DNA of 63,631 bases, filler included. It is 21 parts of 21 records of this genome, joined end to end, with 100 filler letters (N's around TTAATTAATTAA, not from the genome) between each part and the next. Parts side by side here need not be neighbours in the genome. Positions count along the whole stretch, not along the records: positions 33,572 to 39,082 come from SRR16133337_18131; positions 39,183 to 44,508 come from SRR16133337_18885; 19 more parts are not named here. One strand, written 5' to 3'. Within the stretch, counting starts at the first letter, position 1. Every line of letters begins with the position of its first letter. Below are positions 33,963 to 44,476 of the stretch, in pieces. The notes under the pieces were generated by a model. The model did not search any database. It was not told where the DNA came from and saw nothing but the letters and a program-made list of their open reading frames with translations. Both the position numbers and the translations under genes were made by a program.

Positions 33963-36900
33963 AATTGGAGCAATTAACAGCCGCTTTAGAGACTCACAAT
34001 TTAGAATTGGTTATCGGACTAGAAACACATGTCCGATTAAATACTAAAACCAAGTTATTTTGTGCTTGTCCCAATCAAGAAATAGAAACACCAAATGAAA
34101 ATATTTGTTCTATTTGTACAGGTCAAATGGGAATATTGCCCGCCTTGAATAAAGAGGCGATTACAAAAGCTATTTATTTTGGAAAAGCGGTAAACTCTAC
34201 CTTCTCAAACGAGGTAACTTCTTGGGATCGTAAACATTATGAATATCCTGACAATCCTAAAAACATACAAATCACTCAATTTCACCATCCTATAATTCCA
34301 GATGGACAGGTGGCTTGTTATCGAAATGATGGTTCTTTATTTACGGTAGCAATAGAGCAGGCACATCTTGAAGAAGATGCGGCAAAATTGGTACATGAGA
34401 AAACCATTTCTTTGGTAGATTTTAACAAAGCAGGGGTCCCCTTGATTGAAATTGTAACAAAACCTTGTATTCATACTCTTGAAGATGCCTCCATCTACGC
34501 ACAATACATTCAACGAATTGTTCAGAATTTAAAAATCTCAGAAGCAAACCTTGAAAAAGGAGAATTCAAATCGGATGTTTCCGTGTCTTTACAAACAAAA
34601 GGAAGTACTGTTTTAAATCCTCGTACAGAAATCAAAAACTTAAACTCTTTTAAGTTTATGGGGGAAGCTTTAAAAGAAGAAATTGAAAAACAATTTCACT
34701 ATTATACAAAGCACAAAGAATTTAGACCTGACCAAACCACCGTTTTATGGGACGAAGCTTTAAAGCAGACAAAAACGATGCGTAAAAAAGAATTTGAAGC
34801 TGATTATCGTTTTATTTCTGAACCTGATTTGCCATTTGTATCTATAAAAGAAATTGTTGAAAAAATTAAAGTCGATACAAGTGTATTGCCCTATGCCGTA
34901 GAAACTATTTTGATTGAAGGGGGTGTTTTACCACAAGATGCCAAATTCTTTACGGCAGATTCCGTGCGTTCCCATGTATTTGTAACTCTTAATAAAGCTC
35001 TCAAAGATCCTTTATTTGTAGCAAAGACCTTATCCAACAATCTAAAACCTGAAGTCTATTCAAAAATTCAGAATATAGAAAGTTTAGTTGAAATTTTCAC
35101 TTTATTAAAAGCAGAAAAAATAACGAGTGTATTGGTTCAAAATGCTATCCGTTCTTTGTTAAAAGAAGCTACTTTCGATTATAAAAAATACTTTGCAGAA
35201 CATACAATTTCTAAAGATCATACAAAAGCGATCATTCTAAAAATTATTTCAGAAAATAAAACGGTTGCTGACGATATCAAAACAGGAAATCAAGGGAAAG
35301 CAGGGATTCTTGTAGGAAAAGTAATAAGAATTCTTGGGAAGGGTGCTTCAGGAAAAATAATCCGCCAAGAAATTTTAGATGCTTTGAGTAAGAATCCTAC
35401 CCCTAAAAACGCTAAAGAATCTGAAACCATTTTTCAAAATTACCCTTCTGAAAAAGGGAATCTTTTTGTTTCTCAAGAAGAAATGCTTCCACAGACTGCT
35501 TTCTTTATCAAAGAAGCATATAGAACGCATGTAATTTCTCAATTATCAGAAGAAACCCTTGCTAAAAAAGTAACTTTGGCAGGATGGATTTCTAGTGTAC
35601 GAGATCATGGAGAATTGATATTTATCGATTTACGAGATGCCAGCAACGAAATTTTACAAGTCCGCTTGAGTAGAGAATCCTTCCCAAACTTAGACGAATT
35701 GGTAAAGTTGAAATCAGAATCTGTCATTACCGTTACAGGAATGCTTATACTTCGTAAAGAAGAGGATTACAATGCAGGGTTGCGTTCTGGTAAAATGGAG
35801 TTAGAAACTTCTGAATTGGAGGTTTTAAACTTATCAAGAACTTTACCTTTTGAAATTAAAAGAGCCCCTCATACCAGTGAACATATACGTTTCCAATACA
35901 AATTCTTAGACCATCGTAATGAAGAGGTTCGCAGAGCAATTATAAACCGTCATCGAGTGATAAAGTTGCTACGTGACCTTCTAGACGAACAAGGCTTCTT
36001 AGAAATAGAAACGCCCATTTTAACTGCGGGAACTGATGAAGGAGCCAGAGAGTTTATTGTGCCAACACGGAAACAAGCAGGTTCTTTTTATACTTTGCCA
36101 CAAGCTCCACAGCAATTCAAACAAATGTTGATGGTTGGTGGATTTGAAAAGTATTTTCAAATGGCACGTTGTTTTCGCGATGAAGATTCTCGTGGAGATC
36201 GTCAGCCAGAATTTACGCAATTAGATCTTGAAATGGCTTATGTAAGTAGACAACAGATCCTTGATTTGAATACAAAAATATTCCAAGAAATTGTTCAAAA
36301 AATATATGGTAAAAAATGGATCTTAAAACCCTTTGAAGTGATTCCCTATAAAGAAGCAATGGAAAGCTATGGTTGTGATCGACCCGATTTGCGTTTTGGA
36401 TTGAAAATGCAGGATATTACAGAGATTGTAAAAAAGACTACCTTCCAAGTATTTAGCAAACCTATTCAAGAAGGGGGCATTGTAAAATGCATCAAAGTTT
36501 CTGCGAAGGAACAAGGTGACAAACGGATGTCAAAAGGTCAGATTGAAAAATTAACGTCTATTGCACAAGAACACGGATTAGGGGGCTTGGCATATATCAT
36601 GGTCAATAAAAACGATTTACAATCGCCAATTATTAAGTTTTTGGGTGAAGAAATTGCCACAGAGATCATTACAGCAACCGCAGCAAAAATGGGAGACCTC
36701 GTTTTCTTTTCAGCAGCAGACTCTACCACTGCAAACAAAGCTTTAGATGCGGTTCGTCAAGAAATGGGAGCGATGTTGCATTTGATCCATCCCAAAGAAT
36801 TATGCCCTGCTTGGGTCGTTGATTTCCCAATGTTTGAAAAGACAGAGGAGGGACAATGGACTTTTACACACAATCCTTTCTCTATGCCAGCTCTCTGTGA

Positions 36901-37300
36901 TTTAGACAAGCATATGAAGGGGAAAGAAGAGGAAATCGGAACGATTCTTTCACAACAATATGATTTGATCTTAAACGGATCTGAAATCGGAGGAGGATCT
37001 ATACGTGCCCATAAACCAGAAATTCTGGAAGCAACTTATAAAAATATGGGGTACAACAAAAAAGAAATGCTAAAAAGTGTGGGTACAATGTATAAAGCTT
37101 TTCATTATGGAGCTCCACCACATGGAGGTATTGCTTGGGGTATAGATCGTTTGATGATGATTTTGGAGAAAAAAACGTCCATTCGTGAGGTCATGGCATT
37201 CCCTAAAACAGGAGCTGGTGAAGATTTGTTATTTGGAAGTCCGTCACCATTATCAGATAAAAAGGTAAAAGAAATGAATGTCAAAGTTTTGAAAAAATAA
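33959..37300 (+). CDS. gatB/aspS: Bifunctional GatB / aspartate--tRNA ligase fusion
   Basis: GatB half has VIGLETHV, YPDNPK, LEEDAAK, DFNKAGVPLIEIVT and EIKNLNSF. AspRS half has RDHGELIFIDLRD, LPQAPQQFKQ, CFRDEDSRGDRQPEFTQLDLE and PPHGGIAWGIDR. One uninterrupted 1113-aa frame. Confidence 0.95.
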   Translation: MKLEQLTAALETHNLELVIGLETHVRLNTKTKLFCACPNQEIETPNENICSICTGQMGILPALNKEAITKAIYFGKAVNSTFSNEVTSWDRKHYEYPDNPKNIQITQFHHPIIPDGQVACYRNDGSLFTVAIEQAHLEEDAAKLVHEKTISLVDFNKAGVPLIEIVTKPCIHTLEDASIYAQYIQRIVQNLKISEANLEKGEFKSDVSVSLQTKGSTVLNPRTEIKNLNSFKFMGEALKEEIEKQFHYYTKHKEFRPDQTTVLWDEALKQTKTMRKKEFEADYRFISEPDLPFVSIKEIVEKIKVDTSVLPYAVETILIEGGVLPQDAKFFTADSVRSHVFVTLNKALKDPLFVAKTLSNNLKPEVYSKIQNIESLVEIFTLLKAEKITSVLVQNAIRSLLKEATFDYKKYFAEHTISKDHTKAIILKIISENKTVADDIKTGNQGKAGILVGKVIRILGKGASGKIIRQEILDALSKNPTPKNAKESETIFQNYPSEKGNLFVSQEEMLPQTAFFIKEAYRTHVISQLSEETLAKKVTLAGWISSVRDHGELIFIDLRDASNEILQVRLSRESFPNLDELVKLKSESVITVTGMLILRKEEDYNAGLRSGKMELETSELEVLNLSRTLPFEIKRAPHTSEHIRFQYKFLDHRNEEVRRAIINRHRVIKLLRDLLDEQGFLEIETPILTAGTDEGAREFIVPTRKQAGSFYTLPQAPQQFKQMLMVGGFEKYFQMARCFRDEDSRGDRQPEFTQLDLEMAYVSRQQILDLNTKIFQEIVQKIYGKKWILKPFEVIPYKEAMESYGCDRPDLRFGLKMQDITEIVKKTTFQVFSKPIQEGGIVKCIKVSAKEQGDKRMSKGQIEKLTSIAQEHGLGGLAYIMVNKNDLQSPIIKFLGEEIATEIITATAAKMGDLVFFSAADSTTANKALDAVRQEMGAMLHLIHPKELCPAWVVDFPMFEKTEEGQWTFTHNPFSMPALCDLDKHMKGKEEEIGTILSQQYDLILNGSEIGGGSIRAHKPEILEATYKNMGYNKKEMLKSVGTMYKAFHYGAPPHGGIAWGIDRLMMILEKKTSIREVMAFPKTGAGEDLLFGSPSPLSDKKVKEMNVKVLKK

Positions 37301-37304
37301 AAAG

Positions 37305-37844
37305 ATGTTTAAAATTTCAAAAAAATTTAAACAAAGAATGCTTCAAATTTTCCTTTTCTTTTTTATTGTTGGAAATGTCTGCTCTCAAACGGAGATACAA
37401 ACAAAAAAGGAGACAAAGAAAAAGTCCATTTTTGAAAAAATTCTTGGAGATGAATTAAAATCCTCCGTTACTTTTATGCCTTTAGGATTTCATATTAAAA
37501 AACCTGGTTTTCATGAGGTTTGGTATACAGCATATAATTATAAAAGTTATGAAATTACTGTTTTTCTAAATTCATTTAGAGAATGGACTATTGGTTTGTT
37601 TTATAAAAGGGCTTGGAATTTTACAGATAAATTTTCAGTGAATTATGGAGCAGGTTTTATATACGGTTATCATGGTAAATTACAAAATGTAGAAGGAATT
37701 CCTTTTAGGCATACTTTTTTAATTAAAAACGAACTAAACCCCGTAATAGGTCTAGAATTTGATTATAAAATAACTGAAAAATGGAGCTTTCATACTAGCT
37801 ATGCTCCTTTAATTTTTATTTATGGAGTAAGGTATTATTTATAA
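37305..37844 (+). CDS. Small outer-membrane beta-barrel-like protein
   Basis: Signal peptide, alternating aromatic strands and C-terminal YGVRYYL. FLNSF and GFIYGY are reminiscent of PagP-like barrels (inference). Confidence 0.6.
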   Translation: MFKISKKFKQRMLQIFLFFFIVGNVCSQTEIQTKKETKKKSIFEKILGDELKSSVTFMPLGFHIKKPGFHEVWYTAYNYKSYEITVFLNSFREWTIGLFYKRAWNFTDKFSVNYGAGFIYGYHGKLQNVEGIPFRHTFLIKNELNPVIGLEFDYKITEKWSFHTSYAPLIFIYGVRYYL

Positions 37845-37914
37845 ATGAAAAGTGAAAAATGAAAAGCCTTTTTGCTTTCGGCTCACTTCTCACAACAGAT
37901 AACCAGCAACCCCA

Positions 37915-38778
37915 CTACCCTAAGTAAGTCATCAATATTTTACTTCTAGAAGTATGTTTCAATCTTCGAATTGCTTTTTCTTTGATTTGGCGAACACGTT
38001 CCCGTGTTAAGTCGAATGTTTCTCCAATTTCTTCTAAAGTCATGGGTTGGTGTTCTCCTAGACCGAAATATAACTTCACAACATCTGCTTCTCTAGGAGT
38101 TAACGTTTCCAAAGATCTTTGTATTTCTATTCGGAGAGACTCGTGTAATAAACTCTTATCAGGATTTGGAGATTCTCCAGAATTCAAAACATCATATAAG
38201 TTTGAATCTTCCCCTTCAATTAAGGGAGCATCCATAGAGACGTGACGACCTGAATTTTTCATCGATTCTTTGACATCGTTTAGAGTCATGTCTAATTTCT
38301 TCGCAATTTCTTCAGCAGAAGGAGGGCGTTCGTTCTCTTGTTCTAAGAAAGCGTACATTTTATTGATTTTATTGATAGATCCTATTTTATTCAAGGGCAA
38401 TCTTACAATACGTGATTGTTCTGCCAAGGCTTGTAGAATAGATTGACGAATCCACCATACGGCATAGGAGATAAATTTAAATCCACGAGTTTCATCAAAA
38501 CGTTTTGCTGCTTTGATCAGCCCTAAGTTTCCTTCGTTAATTAAATCGGGTAAAGTCAACCCTTGATTTTGGTATTGTTTTGCTACAGAAACCACAAAAC
38601 GTAAGTTTGCTTTTGTCAGTTTTTCCAAAGCAACTTGATCTCCAAGTTTGATCCGTTGTGCTAACTCAACTTCCATATCTGCTGTGATCAAATCTACTTT
38701 TCCTATTTCCTGTAAATACTTGTCTAAAGAAGCAGTTTCTCTATTTGTTACCTGCTTGGTAATTTTAAGTTGTCTCAT
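37915..38778 (-). CDS. rpoD: Primary sigma-70 factor, Bacteroidetes type lacking region 1.1
   Basis: MRQLKITK start, [30 protein letters not shown] and [12 protein letters not shown]. Confidence 0.93.
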   Translation of the reverse strand: MRQLKITKQVTNRETASLDKYLQEIGKVDLITADMEVELAQRIKLGDQVALEKLTKANLRFVVSVAKQYQNQGLTLPDLINEGNLGLIKAAKRFDETRGFKFISYAVWWIRQSILQALAEQSRIVRLPLNKIGSINKINKMYAFLEQENERPPSAEEIAKKLDMTLNDVKESMKNSGRHVSMDAPLIEGEDSNLYDVLNSGESPNPDKSLLHESLRIEIQRSLETLTPREADVVKLYFGLGEHQPMTLEEIGETFDLTRERVRQIKEKAIRRLKHTSRSKILMTYLG

Positions 38779-39017
38779 GTGTTTTATCTGTCCTTAACGG
38801 AAAGTTTTATGGTGATTTATATCCGCTTTCTAGATATACGTAACCCGTTTATAATATGTTACAAAAATATTGCCAAAAATAGTTTTTTGTTTGAAAATTC
38901 TCTTTTTGATTTTAGCTCATTACTATGGATCATAACTCTATAAAGCTATAAAAAAGTATAAACAAATATTAATAGTTACTTCTTTTTTAACTTGTAAGTA
39001 CAAATATTAAATGAATA

Positions 39018-39065
39018 GGGATGCGGTAATGCCGTAAAACCGTGATGCGGTAAATCGGTAATTTC
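39018..39065. repeat. Degenerate 8-bp tandem repeat
   Basis: GGGATGCG GTAATGCC GTAAAACC GTGATGCG GTAAATCG GTAATTTC. Confidence 0.75.
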
Positions 39066-39183
39066 TTGTAAATTTGTTTTTANNNNNNNNNNNNNNNNNN
39101 NNNNNNNNNNNNNNNNNNNNNNNNNNTTAATTAATTAANNNNNNNNNNNNNNNNNNNNNNNNNNNNNNNNNNNNNNNNNNNNC

Positions 39184-42100
39184 AAACCTTATGCAGATTT
39201 TTTCTTTTTAAACAGTACTCCAATTGAAAAAAGCATTTTAAATAATATTGTGGATAGATTTGAAGAAGAAATTGATGCTAATGGGTTTCAATACATTTAT
39301 GAAGACCGTTTTAAAAAAATTATATCTAAAAGGTTACAACAAATATCCGACAACTCAACATTTGAAAATTCCATATTAAAACCTATATCAGATACAGTCA
39401 ATGTAGATTCGTTTAAATTTTCATTTTCTCCATCGATAAATATAAAAAGACAAAAACCAAGATTTTTCGACAAGCTCACAAAAGGCATTATTGATAAGAA
39501 TGAAAATCAAGAAAATGATGCAGAATTATTTAACCTATTAATCAGAAACCCAAATAATAAACATACAAATTCAGACCCAAAACCAAACTATTTTATTGAT
39601 GAATTATACGAAGAGCATAAAGAGAATAATTCAAATTTAAAAGCAGAACAAGATTTTTCGGTTTTTTTCCCTCTACCCTACAACAAAGAGCAAAAAAAGA
39701 TTTACAACAATTATTTAGAAAATAGAATAACAGTCGTTACAGGTCCGCCAGGAACAGGAAAATCACATACAATTGTAAACATATTATGCTCCTTGCTTGC
39801 TCAAGGGAAAAGAGTATTAGTTACTGCACAAACAGACAAAGCATTAGAATCTTTATTAGACAAAATTCCTTCAACTTTTGATGATTTAGTTTTTACAGAA
39901 ATTCAATTGGAAGTTGATAAAACAAAGTTTTCTCTTGAAAAAAGTATAAATAATATTTGCTCAATTCTTACAAATAATTTTCATCTAAATATTGAAAAGA
40001 AAGTTTCTGTTTTAAATACTTTAAAAGGAGAATACTTACAATTTAAATTTGAAATACGTCAAGTTTTAGAAAAAGAATACAATGAAATTACTTTAAACGA
40101 TAGTTTTACGAGTTTAAGAAGTTACGAACTATGGGATAAATTACAATCCAAAAAATGTGAAGAATGGAACTGGCTAAAAGATGAAATTTCATTGGAACAA
40201 ATTAGTGATTTTAGCAAATTAAAAAGTGAAATAAATAAGTACATAAAACTATCCAATTACGAAGATTCAATTTTAAAAAATGTAGATATTGACTTAATTT
40301 CAATTTCCAATAAAATTAATACTTTCAATTTCGATAAATTTTTAAACTCAAAAAAGGAAATTGAGGAACTTAAAAAACTTTTAGATATTAATGATCTTTC
40401 AAAATCTAAACTCCTTGAAATAGACTTAAATTCTATTACTCAAATAACTGAAAAATATAGTAATTCGAACATCGTAATTAGTAGTTACCAACAAATAAAT
40501 CAATTAAAAAATAAAACAAAAAAACTTAATGAAAAATTAGAAGATTACACTTCTAATTTAAAATACTCTCAAATAATAGACAATTCCTCAAAATATTTAA
40601 GAGATATTGAATCTTATTTGGCACAAATTAAAAATGAGAAAGAAAAAGTAGGCTACTTAAATAAACATAAAAGAAAATATAAGCAAGTAAATTATTTAGA
40701 AAATATTGTTCTTAATTCTAAAAATTGTGACAATAGAACATCTTTAAAACACTTAAAAGTTTACGTCAAACAAATACAAAAAATTAATTCAGAATTAAAC
40801 AACATTACAAAAGCAGGTTTTCATATTTCAATTAATGAAGATTCTGATTTATCTGCCAAAAATCAATTATTAAATAATGCTATTGAGCAAGTTGAAAGGA
40901 ATTATACACTTGTTTACACATTACAAAACGACAAAGACATAATTAATTTTTCTAAAATATTTGATATTGAAATTTCAAACATTGAGAAAATTTATAAGAC
41001 CTCTATCTCGTATAAGGAAGATTTAGAAAAATTAAAACAGTTAGAAACAAGCGTAAAGAATGATTTAGCCCAACTAAAAGAAATTTCTAATACATTGCTA
41101 AACTCCAAACTGTCTAATGATTTTAGAACATTCATTCCTTTAGAAAATATTTCAGAGACTGTAATATTTAAAGCATTTCAAACAAAATTAAAAGAAACGT
41201 CTTTGCAAATAAGTAAAGAACAAAAGTTTAATGAGTCGCAATTTTACCTAAAAAAGATTTTAGCAAAAACTCTCCCTAAATTAAAAGAAATACCTTCTGA
41301 ATACATTACAAAGGAAAATTTAGAATTTGCACACGCAAACAATTATTTTTCGAAAAATGAAATTATAGATTTACAGAAAACAAAAGAAAAATTAAGCCAA
41401 ATAAATAACAAAATTTATGAACTAAAATGTGAGATACTATTTGACCTGGCAAAAAACAACTTTAAAAATAATTTCAAGCCTAATAAAATTGATGAATTCA
41501 TAAATTTATTATTTGAATATAAAAATAATTTAGATCAAGGAAGCAGAGGAATAAGAGATAAAGTTAAATTTCAAATTTTAGCAAGAAAAAACAGTGCAAA
41601 AATCAGTAATAGACTTTCTTGTTGGGTAATGAAATTTAATGACGTTTTGAATTCTGTAGGAACTGAACCCGAAATTTTTGATTGTATAATTGTAGATGAA
41701 GCAAGTCAACTTGACTTTAATAGTTTGATTTTAGGTTATTATGCAAAAAATATGATTATTGTTGGAGACGACAAACAAACTTCTCCAAGTAGTTTAACAG
41801 GTGCTGACGGTAATGATTTTGAATCTATAAAAAACAAATATTTAGGATTTTTAGGAGCTCAGAAAATTCAAATAAGAAGTGATAATAGTTTATTTACATT
41901 ATCCAAAATGGTAGCAGGCTCATCAAATTTGGATCTAAAAGAACATTTTAGGTGCGTATCTGAAATCATTGAATTTTCTAAATATAATTTTTATGACAAC
42001 TCATTAAAACCACTAAAGCAAATTAATACAGAAAATAGATTAGAACCTATAAAAGCAGTATTTGTAAAAAATAGTTTTCTTGAAGATAAAATTGTTCATA

Positions 42101-43896
42101 CGGAGATAGAATCTATTAAAAACCATTTAATTGAAATCATCAAAAACCCAATTTATCAAAATAAAACCATTGGAGTTGTCAGTTTAGGATTAGTAAAACA
42201 TACCGAAAAACTTAAAGACATAAAAGAAGATTTGTCAGAATTATTTGGACGAGATAAACTTGACAAAATAAAATTAATTATTGAAGATTCTCCTAAATTC
42301 CAAGGGGATGAAAGAGATATAATGCTAATTTCATTAGGTGTTGCTTTAGATTCTGATAAAATAAAATCCAATGACAATCCTAAACCAAGAGCAATTGTAT
42401 ATGGTGAAAATTTAACAGATGACCTCAAAAAAATAAATGTCGCATTAAGTCGAGCAAAAGAACAAATGATATTATTTCATTCTGTTAAATCCGAAGATTT
42501 AAGGAATAATGATTTTAGGCTAAAAATAATTAGTTTTTTCTATAATGAAACTAAAAAACTCGAACCTTTCGATTTGCCTGAAAATGGAAGTGATAGAAAC
42601 TTATATAATATTCCCAAACCATTTGACAGTTGGTTTGAATATGATATTACAAGTAATTTAATAGATAATGGTTATCAATATATTCAACCTCAATATAAAG
42701 TGAAAGAAGACGAAACTTTTTACAATCATCGTTTGCTGAAAGAAACATATGTCAATTTCAAACTTGACCTTGTAGTTTCAAATAACGAAAAAAGGGTTGC
42801 AATTGAATGTGATGGAGACCCATTTCACTCATTACCAGAAGATGTTGCTTATGATGTAGAAAGACAAGAGTTTTTAGAACGTGTTGGTTGGAAAGTTTAT
42901 CGAATATTGTATTCGGCATATAAAAGAAATCCAAGTGATGAAATTGAAAAAATGGTCAATTTTATTGAAAAAAACACTAAAAAAGACAAAACGATTACTC
43001 TACCAGAAGTTTATGAAAATGACACTATTGAAGAAATTCCTCAAACTAAACCTTTGGCTAATCATCTTGAAGAAAAAGAAGTATTTGAGGACATAAACAA
43101 TATCGAAGAAGATAAAATATTGCGTTATTTCAACTTAAATATAGATGGAACATATCATTTAGAACAAAATGAAAATCCCACTGCAACGTTTTCTATTCCA
43201 ATAAAGGAAAGTGAGAAAAATGGGTATTTACTGCAAGGTTATGATAATGGACACTTAAACAAAGTTCTAATATCAACATTGCTTTCAAAACGAATTGACA
43301 GAGAGTATAAAAATGGACTAAATATTCAAGCAGCCTTATCATTTCTTAAAATCATTAAAGCAGATGGGATAATTGCACTTCATTTTTATGAAAATAGAAT
43401 TAAAAAATTTAAAGCACATCTAACTCAAAACATTTCCACCAGAGAACAATTGCATTTGCAAGGAATTAAAGTTATTTACAGTGATTTCACTAATTTAGAA
43501 TATCAAATATTGCCAATTGAAATACTTGAAAAAATAAAGCGATTAGTATATCAAAGTTTTACTTCATCAGGAAAGGCAATAGATAATTCCTACTATGAAA
43601 ATGAATGGAAAATCATCAAAACAAATAGTATTTCAACAGAAAATTCAACAATACAACCGAATTTATTTGATAAAAAGGTTAAATTAAATAGCAAAGTGAA
43701 ATTAAAATATTTGGGAAGTAACAAAGAAGTAACAATACAAATAACAGAATATCAAACAAACAACAATATTAACGGAATACAAAGTATTAATCACAAATCT
43801 CCTTTAGCAATCTCAATAATAAATAAAGAAAATGGAGATAAAGTTAAAATAGTAAACACCGAAAATATTGTGGAAATAATTGAAATATTGAACTGA
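39184..43896 (+). CDS. Large SF1 (Upf1/Dna2-like) helicase with Vsr/DUF559-like nuclease and C-terminal GreA/GreB-like domain, 5' truncated
   Basis: Helicase motifs GPPGTGKS, IVDEASQ, VGDDKQ, EHFRC, FQGDERD and NVALSRAK. Nuclease motifs FDSWFE, LDLVV, AIECDGDPFH and ERQEFLERVGW. C-terminal SPLAISIINKENGD resembles the Gre-factor C-domain. Confidence 0.88.
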   Translation, partial: KPYADFFFLNSTPIEKSILNNIVDRFEEEIDANGFQYIYEDRFKKIISKRLQQISDNSTFENSILKPISDTVNVDSFKFSFSPSINIKRQKPRFFDKLTKGIIDKNENQENDAELFNLLIRNPNNKHTNSDPKPNYFIDELYEEHKENNSNLKAEQDFSVFFPLPYNKEQKKIYNNYLENRITVVTGPPGTGKSHTIVNILCSLLAQGKRVLVTAQTDKALESLLDKIPSTFDDLVFTEIQLEVDKTKFSLEKSINNICSILTNNFHLNIEKKVSVLNTLKGEYLQFKFEIRQVLEKEYNEITLNDSFTSLRSYELWDKLQSKKCEEWNWLKDEISLEQISDFSKLKSEINKYIKLSNYEDSILKNVDIDLISISNKINTFNFDKFLNSKKEIEELKKLLDINDLSKSKLLEIDLNSITQITEKYSNSNIVISSYQQINQLKNKTKKLNEKLEDYTSNLKYSQIIDNSSKYLRDIESYLAQIKNEKEKVGYLNKHKRKYKQVNYLENIVLNSKNCDNRTSLKHLKVYVKQIQKINSELNNITKAGFHISINEDSDLSAKNQLLNNAIEQVERNYTLVYTLQNDKDIINFSKIFDIEISNIEKIYKTSISYKEDLEKLKQLETSVKNDLAQLKEISNTLLNSKLSNDFRTFIPLENISETVIFKAFQTKLKETSLQISKEQKFNESQFYLKKILAKTLPKLKEIPSEYITKENLEFAHANNYFSKNEIIDLQKTKEKLSQINNKIYELKCEILFDLAKNNFKNNFKPNKIDEFINLLFEYKNNLDQGSRGIRDKVKFQILARKNSAKISNRLSCWVMKFNDVLNSVGTEPEIFDCIIVDEASQLDFNSLILGYYAKNMIIVGDDKQTSPSSLTGADGNDFESIKNKYLGFLGAQKIQIRSDNSLFTLSKMVAGSSNLDLKEHFRCVSEIIEFSKYNFYDNSLKPLKQINTENRLEPIKAVFVKNSFLEDKIVHTEIESIKNHLIEIIKNPIYQNKTIGVVSLGLVKHTEKLKDIKEDLSELFGRDKLDKIKLIIEDSPKFQGDERDIMLISLGVALDSDKIKSNDNPKPRAIVYGENLTDDLKKINVALSRAKEQMILFHSVKSEDLRNNDFRLKIISFFYNETKKLEPFDLPENGSDRNLYNIPKPFDSWFEYDITSNLIDNGYQYIQPQYKVKEDETFYNHRLLKETYVNFKLDLVVSNNEKRVAIECDGDPFHSLPEDVAYDVERQEFLERVGWKVYRILYSAYKRNPSDEIEKMVNFIEKNTKKDKTITLPEVYENDTIEEIPQTKPLANHLEEKEVFEDINNIEEDKILRYFNLNIDGTYHLEQNENPTATFSIPIKESEKNGYLLQGYDNGHLNKVLISTLLSKRIDREYKNGLNIQAALSFLKIIKADGIIALHFYENRIKKFKAHLTQNISTREQLHLQGIKVIYSDFTNLEYQILPIEILEKIKRLVYQSFTSSGKAIDNSYYENEWKIIKTNSISTENSTIQPNLFDKKVKLNSKVKLKYLGSNKEVTIQITEYQTNNNINGIQSINHKSPLAISIINKENGDKVKIVNTENIVEIIEILN

Positions 43897-43912
43897 AAAT
43901 AAAATAGCCAGC

Positions 43913-44105
43913 AGGTAACAACACCTATACGTAATACGGGTTTTGGTGCTAAATTTGAAGTTCAGAGCGTTTAACAAAGACCGCCAAATCTTTTGATTTG
44001 GCTTTAAAATGAAAAGATAAAATAAAATAAAAAGTTTTGGCTAAGTGCTTAATCGAAAGGTCATCGCCTTTTAATCCCGTACTAACCATAGCCGAGACGT
44101 TAGGC
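43913..44105. repeat. attC-like long imperfect hairpin
   Basis: Begins GGTAAC and ends GTTAGGC (GTTRRRY). Arms TACGGG/CCCGTA and CTAT/ATAG pair, with an inner GCCAAATC-TTTT-GATTTGGC stem. It separates two co-oriented ORFs. Confidence 0.6.
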
Positions 44106-44128
44106 ATCATTTAACAAACATCGAGAAT

Positions 44129-44410
44129 TTGACAGAAAAAGAAATTAATAATAAAGTATTCGATTTTGTTGAAAAACTTAAAACTTTAGAGCAAGAAAAG
44201 AAAGTTTTGAAAAAACCTAAACTGAAAGGTTCTAATGAATATTTATCAGTTATTGATCTTACTGACCGATTAATTGAAAGTCCTATAGTCAGGACTTCAT
44301 TTATGCCTGAATTATCAGACTATAAAATCACAATATCAATTGAAAATGTGAGATATGGTTTTGATGATTTAGTTTACATTGAATTTTACAGGTTTATGAA
44401 GTCATCTTGA
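44129..44410 (+). CDS. Small hypothetical protein (cassette-like)
   Basis: 93 aa ORF with a TTG start about 23 nt after the attC-like site. Confidence 0.55.
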   Translation: MTEKEINNKVFDFVEKLKTLEQEKKVLKKPKLKGSNEYLSVIDLTDRLIESPIVRTSFMPELSDYKITISIENVRYGFDDLVYIEFYRFMKSS

Positions 44411-44426
44411 CTTTTTTTGGAAAACT

Positions 44427-44476
44427 AAAAGGGTTGTGGGTCTTTGTGTTATGAAACATAAAAACACAACCCTTTT
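44427..44476. terminator. Strong hairpin, either a terminator or part of another repeat
   Basis: AAAAGGGTTGTG...CACAACCCTTTT, a perfect 12-bp stem with an inner stem, just after the stop codon. Confidence 0.5.

Noticed and set aside
29371-37300. Reverse transcriptase at 30671 as a bacterial retron or DGR system linked to dprA or gatA/gatB
   Set aside because: Spacers separate it from both neighbours, and the RT-RNase H-MT order is that of eukaryotic DIRS elements.
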